Shown piece by piece: positions 18,741 to 27,543 of a stretch of 40,000 bases of DNA (position 1 is its first letter; each line of letters opens with the position of its first letter). The notes beneath the pieces were generated by a model. That model ran no database searches. It saw only the letters and a list, made by a program, of their open reading frames with translations, and had not been told where the DNA came from. The DNA is from an uncultured Clostridium sp. GTDB taxonomy: Bacteria; Bacillota; Clostridia; TANB77; CAG-508. The stretch spans positions 37,261 through 77,260 of the forward strand of contig CANOSM010000004.1 in assembly GCA_947569365.1 (NCBI GenBank), read 5' to 3'. A program made the translations under genes and the position numbers.

Positions 18741-19581
18741 ACTTATTTACTCTTACAAATTTATAATCATCTAGGTTTGTTAATTGCTTAACAAAGTGTC
18801 CATCATATATTGTAGAATCATTATCTTCTAAAGATATTGGAAGTGATACATTACATACATATTCATCATCATTTGAATTAATAATATGGATTGTAAAATC
18901 TATTGTAGCTCTTATATTAGAAAGAAGAGTATTAGATTTTTTTAGTAATGTACCATCAAATGTTATAGCTCCTGAATTATTTTCTAAAATTAAACTAGAA
19001 TAAACATTTGAATTTACATATGAAAGTGTAAGTGGATTTGAACAATCTGCATAAAAAGAAGGAATAGTATAATCAATGTCTTCATTTTTAGAAATAACAG
19101 AAAAGTCCATTTTTCCATCTATTTGTTTATCTAAATCATTTACTATTCCTATACCTAAAGAATTAGGATTTTTATAAAATAATGATGGATTTCCAAGTGT
19201 AGGTTTAGTAGAAAAATTAACATTATCAATATATAAATTCTTTACTAAATTCTTTGAAGTTAATTTATCTGAATTTACATAATTATTTATATTTAGTGAT
19301 ATATCAGTATATTGATATATATTTAAATTCCAATAGTCTTTTTGTGTATCTGAATTATTAGTTGCATTTGCAGAACTATATAAAAGAATATTATCAATTT
19401 TAAAAATAGTATCTTCTTTTGGAGCTATGGTATTTGATATTTCTGTAATAATATTATTTTTCTTTTCATTATTATTATGATTATATCTGTATATAAAAAA
19501 TCCAATAATTAATACTAATATGACTATAAAAAAAATTATTCTAAAAGTCATTACTTTTTTCCTATTATTTTCTAATATCAT
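18739..19581 (-). CDS. hypothetical N-terminally anchored extracytoplasmic protein (280 aa)
   Basis: TM helix FRIIFFIVILVLIIGFFIY followed by an N/S/D-rich beta-type sequence. GGAGG SD upstream. No recognisable family. Confidence 0.5.
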   Translation of the reverse strand: MILENNRKKVMTFRIIFFIVILVLIIGFFIYRYNHNNNEKKNNIITEISNTIAPKEDTIFKIDNILLYSSANATNNSDTQKDYWNLNIYQYTDISLNINNYVNSDKLTSKNLVKNLYIDNVNFSTKPTLGNPSLFYKNPNSLGIGIVNDLDKQIDGKMDFSVISKNEDIDYTIPSFYADCSNPLTLSYVNSNVYSSLILENNSGAITFDGTLLKKSNTLLSNIRATIDFTIHIINSNDDEYVCNVSLPISLEDNDSTIYDGHFVKQLTNLDDYKFVRVNK

Positions 19582-19680
19582 ATAAATTTTATCCTCCGTG
19601 AAATTAAAAATATATATAAATATATATCAAATTAACTAATTTATCAAGGAAAACTATGGAAATTATACTTATTTATTCAA

Positions 19681-19709
19681 TTGACAAAAGTACAAGCAAA
19701 TATTACAAT
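19681..19709 (+). promoter_or_regulatory. strong sigma-A promoter candidate for the autolysin gene
   Basis: Perfect TTGACA (19681-19686), 17-nt spacer, TACAAT (19704-19709). SD GTAGGAG and ATG at 19732. Confidence 0.6.
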
Positions 19710-19731
19710 ATTTGTAGGAGTTGTTTAAAAA

Positions 19732-21021
19732 ATGAGAAAAGTAGAATATGTAGTACAAGTAAATGAAGATGTAAAGAAACGAAAACTAATAATAATATCT
19801 TTAATAACAATTATAATTTTAGCAGCACTTATACTTACAGGATTTGTTCTTAAAAAGTCTCTTGCAAGAACAGAAAAAAGCTCTGAAGAAGTTTCTAAAT
19901 CAAATGAGGGAGATATTAAAAAGCAAGAAGAAAAAGAAGGACTTTCTATAGAAAAAAATCTAGATGTGCTAGATGTAAAAAATATATTAAATGAAAATAC
20001 TAAAAATGTTGAAACAAAAACTTTAGTAGTAGATGAAATAGATTTAGATTATAAAACAGTATATAAAGAAAACTCAAATCTAGCACAAGGTATGATAAAA
20101 ACTATACAAGAAGGTATAGATGGTAGTCAACAAGTTATAATTGTAAAGACATACTCTGGTAGTGAGTACATAGGAGAAGAAAGATTAACAAGCAGAGTAA
20201 CTAAAGGAAGTATTGATAAAATAGTAGAAATAGGAACAGGAAAACAGGTTTATTCTTATAAAGTAAAAGTAGGAGATACACTTTTAGTAACACCACCTGA
20301 ACTTACTTTAAGAAAATCAAATAATACAAAGTCTGAAAAAGTATGTGTACTAAAAAAGGATAATGAAGTTTCTTTAGTTGAAATAAAAGATGAATGGTAC
20401 AAAGTAAAATATAAGTCACATATAGGATATGCACAAGCAAATTGTTTTGTAGTTAAAGAGAAAAAACAAGAGCCAACAGTAATTTTTAAGGATGGTAAAG
20501 AATATTCTAAAAAAGAATTACTTGCATCTTTAAGTTTTGATATGCATCTTAATAAGCCAAGTGGTTTAACATTAGATCAATTTAAAAAAGTATTGTCAGG
20601 AAATCCAGCAGATACTAAACATGTAATAGAAGATAATGCGAAATATTTTTATTATGCAGAAAAACAATATAATATTAATGGTATTTATTTAGCTGCTATG
20701 GCAATTCATGAAGGTGGATGGGGAAAATCTAAAATATCAAATGATAAGAAAAATTTATTTGGATATGGTGCATATGATAGAAATCCTTATAGTAATTCAT
20801 ATAATTTTGAAACATATGCAGAGGGTATAGATTTAGTTGCAAGAGCTTTAGTAAAAAATTACTTAAATGAAAAAGGTACAAAGATTTATGATAATCAAAA
20901 AGCAACAGGAAAATATTATAATGGACCAACTCTAACAGGAGTTAATACAAGATATGCATCAGATAAAAACTGGGCAAAGGCAACTTTTAAATGGATGACA
21001 TACTTATATAATAGATTATAA
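19732..21021 (+). CDS. cell-wall hydrolase: TM anchor, G5 domain, SH3b domain, GH73 N-acetylglucosaminidase
   Basis: G5-like YKTVYKENSNLAQGMIKTIQEGIDGSQQVIIVKTY...IVEIGTG. SH3b-like DEWYKVKYKSHIGYAQANCF. GH73 catalytic region YLAAMAIHEGGWGKS...NLFGYGAYD. Confidence 0.82.
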   Translation: MRKVEYVVQVNEDVKKRKLIIISLITIIILAALILTGFVLKKSLARTEKSSEEVSKSNEGDIKKQEEKEGLSIEKNLDVLDVKNILNENTKNVETKTLVVDEIDLDYKTVYKENSNLAQGMIKTIQEGIDGSQQVIIVKTYSGSEYIGEERLTSRVTKGSIDKIVEIGTGKQVYSYKVKVGDTLLVTPPELTLRKSNNTKSEKVCVLKKDNEVSLVEIKDEWYKVKYKSHIGYAQANCFVVKEKKQEPTVIFKDGKEYSKKELLASLSFDMHLNKPSGLTLDQFKKVLSGNPADTKHVIEDNAKYFYYAEKQYNINGIYLAAMAIHEGGWGKSKISNDKKNLFGYGAYDRNPYSNSYNFETYAEGIDLVARALVKNYLNEKGTKIYDNQKATGKYYNGPTLTGVNTRYASDKNWAKATFKWMTYLYNRL

Positions 21022-21032
21022 AATTTTAGGGG

Positions 21033-21062
21033 CAATTAGTTAAATAAAGCTAATTGTCTTTA
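21033..21062 (+). terminator. weak hairpin terminator candidate after the autolysin gene
   Basis: CAATTAG (21033-21039) pairs with CTAATTG (21050-21056), followed by a TCTTTAAATTT tail. Confidence 0.35.
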
Positions 21063-21107
21063 AATTTCTACAAATAAATATTTAATTACAAATTTATAAT
21101 AATCTTA

Positions 21108-21136
21108 TTGCTATTTTTATCAAATTATTGTATGAT
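21108..21136 (+). promoter_or_regulatory. sigma-A type promoter candidate for the 21185-26220 module
   Basis: TTGCTA (21108-21113), 17-nt spacer, TATGAT (21131-21136) with an upstream TG. Confidence 0.4.
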
Positions 21137-21184
21137 AATATATGTATAAAATTAGGCAAAATCAAAAAAATGGGGGATACATAA

Positions 21185-21604
21185 ATGAAAAAATTGTTAT
21201 ATTATATGGTTGCAATACTTATACTAATATTATTACTTGCAGTTCCATCTTATGCATCAACACAAATTGCTACAGAAAAAGGTGTTATGGAAACAGACAA
21301 TGCAACAAAATTCTCACAAATGAAACAAGGATTTGAAGCAAAGTTTGCTCAATACTCAGATAAATATGGTTCTAAAGTTTATGGAGGAGTAGCTTTAGTA
21401 TTAGATACAATAAGAATATATAGTATACCATTTTGCTTTGTAGGTATTGCAGTAGGTGCAATATATCAATATGTAATAGGTATAAGAAAAATGGATGTAA
21501 GAGATAAAGGATTTAATTTACTAATTGCTTTTGTTACAATTTTAGTAATATGTCAAGTATTACCATTAGTATTTGCTATAATTACTAAAGGATGGGTATT
21601 ATAA
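21185..21604 (+). CDS. small secreted/membrane protein (signal peptide plus two C-terminal TM helices)
   Basis: Signal-peptide-like MKKLLYYMVAILILILLLAVPSYAS, a ~45-aa soluble segment, then two hydrophobic helices. GGGGGA SD. Translationally close to the next gene. Confidence 0.5.
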   Translation: MKKLLYYMVAILILILLLAVPSYASTQIATEKGVMETDNATKFSQMKQGFEAKFAQYSDKYGSKVYGGVALVLDTIRIYSIPFCFVGIAVGAIYQYVIGIRKMDVRDKGFNLLIAFVTILVICQVLPLVFAIITKGWVL

Positions 21605-21634
21605 TACGAGAAGACGTTTGGAGGTTTTTAACAA

Positions 21635-24600
21635 ATGAAAATTTTATTTGCAGTAAGTAACGAAAATGTTTCTGACGCAATAGTTAAAAGTTATCAAAAA
21701 AATTATAATGATAGTATTACGTATAAAAATGTATTTTACTTTAATGCAATAATTAAAGAAATTCAAAGAGATAAAGAATATGATAGAATAATTATTAGTG
21801 AAGATTTAGAACCATTTGCTAATAATAATTATGATGCTATAGATAAATTTATTTTTGAGAGATTAGATGCAATAGTTTCAGAAATAAAAGATTTTGCAGA
21901 GAAAAGAATACCTATAATATTAATATGTACTGATAGAAGAACAAAAACAAGTCCAATGATTACAAAAATATTTAACATTGGAATTTATGATGCAGTTATT
22001 GGTTCAGATAGAAAAATAGAAAATGTTTGTAGATTAATAAAGGAACCAAGGACAAAAGAAGATGCAAAACAATATTATAAAATAGAAAGCGGAGATGAAA
22101 ACAATTCTTCTGAAGTTGATATAAGTGAAGAAGAAGTTCAAAATATAGTTAATTATTATAAAAAATTAGGAAAAAATGAGGAAAGATATACAGATAGTTT
22201 TAATAATATAGCTACACAATATACAGATGCACAACTTAAAATAATTATAAGATATTTACCTATAAATGTTAAAGCTATTTTAGAATCAGAATGTGCAAAA
22301 TATCAAGAATTAGTAACATTTGATAATCCAGCGACAGTAAAAGAACAAAAAGAAAAAGAGAGACTAAGAAGAAAAAAACAAAGAGAAAAAGAAGAAGAAG
22401 AGGAAAGAATAAGAGAACAACTAGCACAAAAGAAGAAACGTGAACAAATAGAAAAGAAAAAACAGGCAAATAAATACATTCCTAATAATTCGAAAAATAA
22501 CAATCAATCAGAAAATAAAACTAGAGTGGCAACAGGAATTGGAATATTAGATAATAAAATTAATAGACCTTCAATGCAGGGGAATGTTGTAATTCCTAAT
22601 GCTATAAATACTAAACAAGCTAAAAAGGTATTATCAGACGATGAAATGAATATTCAACCTAGAAAAGTAATAAATAATGAAAATAAAACTGAAAATGTAG
22701 TAAAACCTAAGGTAGTTAATAATGAGCAAGTAGTAGAAAATAGAGAAATAAAGAAACCTGTAGAAAATAGTAAAGAGAAAATTCAAACAGTTAGTTTACC
22801 GGGATTTGAAAATATAGAAACTGACAACATACAAGTAAATGTTAGTAATGATATAGAAGAAGTAGATATAATACCAGAAGAAGTTGTAGTAAAAGAGAAA
22901 AAGGAGGATAACCCAATAAATACTGTGAAAACTCCTGAAAATGATAATAATATAGAAAAAGATATAGAAGTAGAACCAGTAAAAAAAGGAAGAGGAAGAC
23001 CAAGAAAAACTCCTCTACCAGAAGAAAATAAGATACCTATGGTTCAAGAAGTAAAAACAGATAATAATATAAAGACTGTTGAAGATAATTCAAATGATGT
23101 AAATATAATAAGTAATTTAGAAGTAGAACCAACAAAAAGAGGAAGAGGCAGACCAAGAATTACACCTATAGAAGAAGTAGTTGAAAAAACAAAAGGAAAA
23201 AGAGGCAGACCAAGAAAAACTCCTCTGCCAGAAGATAATATATCTATGGTTAAAGATATAGAAATAGATAATGATATAAAAACTACTGAAAATAATTCAA
23301 ATAGTATAGATAATGCAATAAATAATTTAGAAGTAGAACCAGTAAAAAGAGGAAGAGGTAGACCAAGAATTACACCTATAGGAGAAGTAGTTGAAAAGCC
23401 AAAAGGAAAAAGAGGCAGACCAAGAAAAACTCCTCTGCCAGAAGAAAATAATAAGCTTCAAGTAGAAGAAGTAGGAAAAGATAACTTTATTGATATAGAG
23501 GAAGTTCCTAAAAAAGTAAATAATGAGTCAGATAATCAAGTAAGTAACATATTACCAGAAGTAGAAAAAGATGATATTACATCTACATTTAGTTCTTTTG
23601 ATGCTTTTGAAGTTCCAGAAGGAAAGACAGAAGAAACAACCAGTTCAACAATTTTACCAGGTTTTGATGAAGATTTTGAAGAATTGGATAAAATAATAAA
23701 TAATGATAAACAAGAAGATACTATTGAAAACCAGAATTATAATGTATTAGATGATAACTTTGATAATATAGATGATGATAATGAAGATATTCAAGATGAT
23801 ATAAGTGTGGAAGATGAGCAAAGCGAAGAAACTTCAACATTACCAGGTATGATGGATATAGAAGATTTCGAAGACGAAGATAATGTAGAAGAAGATAATA
23901 TTAATGAAAACTTAGAAGAACAATCAGAAGAAGATATAGATTCTTACACAAAACAGGATGATTTACAAGATTTAAATGATTTAAATAATGGAGTCACAAG
24001 TAGTAATAATGTAGTAAATTCATTACCAGGTTTTGAAGACTTAGATGATATGGTAGAAGATGAAGAAGAAAGTAATATAAGTCAAGAAGAAGGGAGCTTA
24101 TTACCAGGTTTTGAAAATGACGAAATTAATTCAAGTGTGGTGGCTGCTACATCATATAGAGAATCTGATTTAGAGAGAACAGCTAGTATAAGGAAATTAG
24201 AAGAAAATAGAGTTTATTCTACTGGTTCATTACAAAGTGCACTTACTCCAGATAAGAAAATAGTAGCTTTTATAGGAACGAGTAAAAATGGAACTTCTTT
24301 TATTGTAAATAATTTAGCAAGTTTATTTTCATCAATAGGTATAAAAACAGCAATATTAGATATGACCAAAAATAGAAATGCATATTATATTTATACAAAT
24401 AATGATGAAAAATTGAGACAAGTTTCTTATGATGCGATAGATAAACTAGAAAATGGAGTTGCAGAAGGAATTAAATCTGATAGAAATTTAGATGTTTATA
24501 CTGCTGTTCCAAATGAAGAAAAAGATTTTTCAAATGCAGAAGCAATATTAACAACTTTAATAAAAAATGAATCACTTGTACTCATTGATTGTGATTATGA

Positions 24601-25102
24601 TACACCTTTAGGATATTTCGCAAATGCACAAGAAATATATTTAGTACAATCAATGGATATACTTACGATTCAGCCACTTACAGCTTTTTTAAGGGAGTTA
24701 AAAGCAAATGGAATATTAGATCAAGAAAAACTAAGAGTTGTTGTAAATAAGGAAATAAAAGTAAGAGGATTAACTTCTAAAACAATAATAGGAGGAATGT
24801 CTTTTTATAATGATCCAAGTATGTCGTATATGACAGAATTATTTAATAAAGATAAAATAAAAGCTTGTACTTTGCCTTTTGAAGATGCTATTTATTCTAA
24901 ATATTTAGAAACACTAGTAAATTGTAATGTTAGCATAAGTGGATATTCAAAAAATTTTATGAATAGTTTAAAAATTTTAGGAAATATGGTATATCCTTTA
25001 TTAAGTAAACAAACATATGTAAAAAATGGACCAGACTATACAAAAAGTAATTTTTCAACAGAAATGAATAATACTTTAAATCAGATGAGAAAGAAATATT
25101 AA
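21635..25102 (+). CDS. 1155-aa protein: pseudo-receiver N-domain, K/E coiled coil, five AT-hooks, acidic linker with LPGF motifs, degenerate ParA/MinD (TadZ/CpaE-like) C-domain
   Basis: N-terminus has a CheY-like beta/alpha pattern without the DD pair (KILFAVSNEN...RIIISEDLEP...IILICTD). Five xRGRPRxTP motifs. The C-terminus has KKIVAFIGTSKNGTSFIVNNLA...GIKTAILDM...LVLIDCDYD, i.e. a deviant Walker A lacking the GK[ST] lysine, plus a Walker B-like strand. Confidence 0.7.
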   Translation: MKILFAVSNENVSDAIVKSYQKNYNDSITYKNVFYFNAIIKEIQRDKEYDRIIISEDLEPFANNNYDAIDKFIFERLDAIVSEIKDFAEKRIPIILICTDRRTKTSPMITKIFNIGIYDAVIGSDRKIENVCRLIKEPRTKEDAKQYYKIESGDENNSSEVDISEEEVQNIVNYYKKLGKNEERYTDSFNNIATQYTDAQLKIIIRYLPINVKAILESECAKYQELVTFDNPATVKEQKEKERLRRKKQREKEEEEERIREQLAQKKKREQIEKKKQANKYIPNNSKNNNQSENKTRVATGIGILDNKINRPSMQGNVVIPNAINTKQAKKVLSDDEMNIQPRKVINNENKTENVVKPKVVNNEQVVENREIKKPVENSKEKIQTVSLPGFENIETDNIQVNVSNDIEEVDIIPEEVVVKEKKEDNPINTVKTPENDNNIEKDIEVEPVKKGRGRPRKTPLPEENKIPMVQEVKTDNNIKTVEDNSNDVNIISNLEVEPTKRGRGRPRITPIEEVVEKTKGKRGRPRKTPLPEDNISMVKDIEIDNDIKTTENNSNSIDNAINNLEVEPVKRGRGRPRITPIGEVVEKPKGKRGRPRKTPLPEENNKLQVEEVGKDNFIDIEEVPKKVNNESDNQVSNILPEVEKDDITSTFSSFDAFEVPEGKTEETTSSTILPGFDEDFEELDKIINNDKQEDTIENQNYNVLDDNFDNIDDDNEDIQDDISVEDEQSEETSTLPGMMDIEDFEDEDNVEEDNINENLEEQSEEDIDSYTKQDDLQDLNDLNNGVTSSNNVVNSLPGFEDLDDMVEDEEESNISQEEGSLLPGFENDEINSSVVAATSYRESDLERTASIRKLEENRVYSTGSLQSALTPDKKIVAFIGTSKNGTSFIVNNLASLFSSIGIKTAILDMTKNRNAYYIYTNNDEKLRQVSYDAIDKLENGVAEGIKSDRNLDVYTAVPNEEKDFSNAEAILTTLIKNESLVLIDCDYDTPLGYFANAQEIYLVQSMDILTIQPLTAFLRELKANGILDQEKLRVVVNKEIKVRGLTSKTIIGGMSFYNDPSMSYMTELFNKDKIKACTLPFEDAIYSKYLETLVNCNVSISGYSKNFMNSLKILGNMVYPLLSKQTYVKNGPDYTKSNFSTEMNNTLNQMRKKY
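22964..23449 (+). repeat. in-frame tandem repeat (units of 150, 210 and about 126 nt) encoding the AT-hook cassettes
   Basis: AATTTAGAAGTAGAACC...CCAGAAGA recurs at 23114 and 23324 (period 210 nt, about 6 mismatches in a 123-nt core by eye). The first unit at 22964 lacks the 60-nt segment that encodes the second hook. Confidence 0.9.
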
Positions 25103-25134
25103 ATATACAAAAATAGTAAAAGAGGTGGATAATT

Positions 25135-26220
25135 TTGGTCTTAATACCAATAGTTGTGCTTGTAGCAATAGTAGCAATTTTAATTTTCTATAATATAAAA
25201 ATAAAAAAACAAATAACAACTTTATCAGATATGTCTAAAAAAGTTAATAATTTAAATGTTTTACAAAACTTTATGGATATTACTGGTGAAGATATTTCAG
25301 TTGATGAAAAAATAAGAAAAGTAAATGAAATTCTTATAGAAAAGTTTGAAATAAAATATTCAACTATTGTTGTATTCAATGGAGCCGAATATATATTAAA
25401 AGCTTCAAATACAGATCAAAAATATTGGCCAAATTTAATGAACTTGCATATGGAAGATGTTTTTAAGGAAAGTATTTCTAATGCAGTTCCAAAATATATA
25501 ACAGTAGATGGAGAGGGAGAAAAACTTCCATATCAAAAATTAGATTTTGGAAGAGCTAAATCCGCAATATTTTTTCCATTATTTATAGATAATGTTTATA
25601 TTGGGTATTGGATTATTGAAAGTTCTGTAATGCATGCTTTTGATAATGTTGATATAGTATTATTAGAAGTAATTAGAGACGATATAGTAGCACTAGTAAA
25701 GACTGTTTCATATCAAGAAGCAATGGAAAGTATAGTAAGAACAGATCAATTTACAGCATTATATTCTGCAGAATATTTATATGGAAAGGCAAAGGCAAAA
25801 ATTGATTCTGAGCCAACTTCTACAGTGAGTATGTTTAGAATAACTAATATAGAAGAAATAAATAACGTATATGGAAGAGTAATGGGAAATAATATAATTA
25901 TAGAAGTTGCAAATTGGGTAAAAACTCTTATTACTTCAGACCAAATTTTTATAAGATATATGGGACCAAAATTTGTAATAGTATTTGTTGGAAAAGATAA
26001 TGACTATGCAACAGATATATTAAAAAGTATGAGAGAAGATATTGAAAGTATAGAATTAGAATCAACAAATGAAAAAGGAGAGAAGATACCTGTTAGACCT
26101 AAAGTAAATTTCGTAGTTTCAACTTATTATAAAGGTACAGGAGTTGAAAAGGTTACTAAGAAGCTAGAGGAATACTTAGATAGTGCTGATAAGCAAGAGC
26201 ATAATATTAATTATATATAA
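25135..26220 (+). CDS. membrane-anchored sensor-like protein with degenerate GGDEF domain
   Basis: TTG start after a GAGGTGG SD. N-terminal TM ([17 protein letters not shown]), a GAF-like middle region, then a GGDEF-fold pattern: [13 protein letters not shown] (D-x-LT-x-L), [17 protein letters not shown] (in place of DxDxFKxxND) and [12 protein letters not shown] (GGDEF replaced by GPKF). No RxxD I-site. Confidence 0.65.
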   Translation: MVLIPIVVLVAIVAILIFYNIKIKKQITTLSDMSKKVNNLNVLQNFMDITGEDISVDEKIRKVNEILIEKFEIKYSTIVVFNGAEYILKASNTDQKYWPNLMNLHMEDVFKESISNAVPKYITVDGEGEKLPYQKLDFGRAKSAIFFPLFIDNVYIGYWIIESSVMHAFDNVDIVLLEVIRDDIVALVKTVSYQEAMESIVRTDQFTALYSAEYLYGKAKAKIDSEPTSTVSMFRITNIEEINNVYGRVMGNNIIIEVANWVKTLITSDQIFIRYMGPKFVIVFVGKDNDYATDILKSMREDIESIELESTNEKGEKIPVRPKVNFVVSTYYKGTGVEKVTKKLEEYLDSADKQEHNINYI

Positions 26221-26237
26221 AGATAGGAGTGATGAAC

Positions 26238-26492
26238 ATGGAGAACTTTGATAAAACAATGAGCTTTAAAGTTGAAAAGGAAGATAATATAAAATCAAGA
26301 GAAATTATGAAGGAAGTATATGAAGCATTAGTAGAAAAAGGATATAATCCTATAAATCAAATTGTTGGATATATTTTGTCAGGAGATCCAACATATATAA
26401 CAAGTCATAAAAATGCAAGAAATCTAATAAGATCAGTTGAAAGAGATGAATTATTAGAGAAAATGCTAAAAAATTATATAGGATTAGAATAA
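26238..26492 (+). CDS. ireB: IreB family regulatory phosphoprotein (UPF0297/YrzL)
   Basis: [38 protein letters not shown] is the family signature. The ATG at 26238 has the best spacing from the TAGGAG SD. The listed ORF starts at GTG 26229. Confidence 0.85.
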   Translation: MENFDKTMSFKVEKEDNIKSREIMKEVYEALVEKGYNPINQIVGYILSGDPTYITSHKNARNLIRSVERDELLEKMLKNYIGLE

Positions 26493-26493
26493 T

Positions 26494-26916
26494 ATGAAAA
26501 AGAGATTGTTAGGAATAGATTATGGAGATGCAAGAGTGGGGATAGCTATATCAGATGCACTTGGAATAACTGCTCAAGGATTAAAAACTATTCATCATAA
26601 TGGAAACGATAAGATTTTATTAAAAGAACTTGATAATATATTAAATGAATATGAAATTTCTACTTTTGTTGTAGGAATGCCATATAATATGAATGGTACA
26701 AGTTCCGATAGAGTGGAAATTACAAACAAATTTATTCATAAACTTAAGTGTAAATACAATAATATACAGATAGAGACTATAGATGAAAGATTAACAACAG
26801 TTGAGGCTCATAGAACAATGAATGATTTAAATATTAATCCTCAAAATAAAAAAAATATAGTAGATACTATCTCAGCAGTATATATACTTGAAATATATAT
26901 GAATAAAATAAAATAA
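26494..26916 (+). CDS. ruvX: Holliday junction resolvase-like / pre-16S rRNA nuclease RuvX (YqgF)
   Basis: LGIDYGDARVGIAISD N-terminal motif, ...VVGMPYNMNGT...DERLTTVEA. 140 aa. Confidence 0.9.
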   Translation: MKKRLLGIDYGDARVGIAISDALGITAQGLKTIHHNGNDKILLKELDNILNEYEISTFVVGMPYNMNGTSSDRVEITNKFIHKLKCKYNNIQIETIDERLTTVEAHRTMNDLNINPQNKKNIVDTISAVYILEIYMNKIK

Positions 26917-27035
26917 TTTAGTTGCACTATTGTATAATTTAGTATATATTATATACAATATTATAAAATAAAGGATGTTTTAAGATATTAATATTTTACA
27001 AGGATTTGTAAATTTTGAAAGGAGAATATAAAAAA

Positions 27036-27356
27036 ATGGATGAAAACAAGGATTTAGAGATTGATGAGGAATTAAATAACATAATAGTATTAAATGATGA
27101 AAATGGAGATGAAGTTGAATTCGAATTTTTAGATTTAGTTGAATATGATAATGAAGAATATGTTATATTATTACCAGTAGCAGCAGAAGATGATGAAGAT
27201 TTAGGCGAGGTTGTTATATTAAAAGTTGAAGAAACAGAAAGTGAAGAAGAAGAATCTTATGTTAGCGTTGATGATGAAGAAACATTAAATAAAGTTTTTG
27301 ATATATTTAAAGATAAATTTAAAGATGAATTTAATTTTGTTGACACTGAAGAATAA
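27036..27356 (+). CDS. DUF1292 (YrzB) family acidic protein
   Basis: IVLNDENGDEVEFEFLDLVEYDNEEYVILLP...VVILKVE is the typical DUF1292 pattern. The ATG at 27036 follows an AAAGGAG SD, and the listed TTG 27015 overlaps that SD. Confidence 0.8.
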   Translation: MDENKDLEIDEELNNIIVLNDENGDEVEFEFLDLVEYDNEEYVILLPVAAEDDEDLGEVVILKVEETESEEEESYVSVDDEETLNKVFDIFKDKFKDEFNFVDTEE

Positions 27357-27379
27357 TATTATATGGATTAACTCAGAAG

Positions 27380-27414
27380 ATAGATAATTTTTATGAAGTT
27401 ATCTATTTTTATTT
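27380..27414 (+). terminator. rho-independent terminator after the ireB-ruvX-DUF1292 genes
   Basis: ATAGATAA (27380-27387) pairs with TTATCTAT (27399-27406), followed by TTTTATTTT. Confidence 0.6.
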
Positions 27415-27470
27415 TAAACAAGTATAATATTTGAAAAAAAATATAATTATAAATAAAGAAATTTATAAGA

Positions 27471-27501
27471 AAAAGCTGATAGAAATATCCTATCAGCTTT
27501 T
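27471..27501. terminator. perfect 12-bp hairpin, likely bidirectional terminator
   Basis: AAAAGCTGATAG (27471-27482) pairs with CTATCAGCTTTT (27490-27501) around a 7-nt loop. It lies 43 nt past the stop of the minus-strand gene. Confidence 0.6.
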
Positions 27502-27543
27502 CTGCAGAAAGAGAAATTTGTACTTTTATATTTTTAGTCTGTA

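Noticed and set aside
22330-22470. Purine-rich AAG/GAA low-complexity DNA that looks repeat-like
   Set aside because: It is the K/E/R coiled-coil-like segment of the 1155-aa ORF. No defined repeat unit could be aligned, unlike the 210-nt AT-hook repeat.
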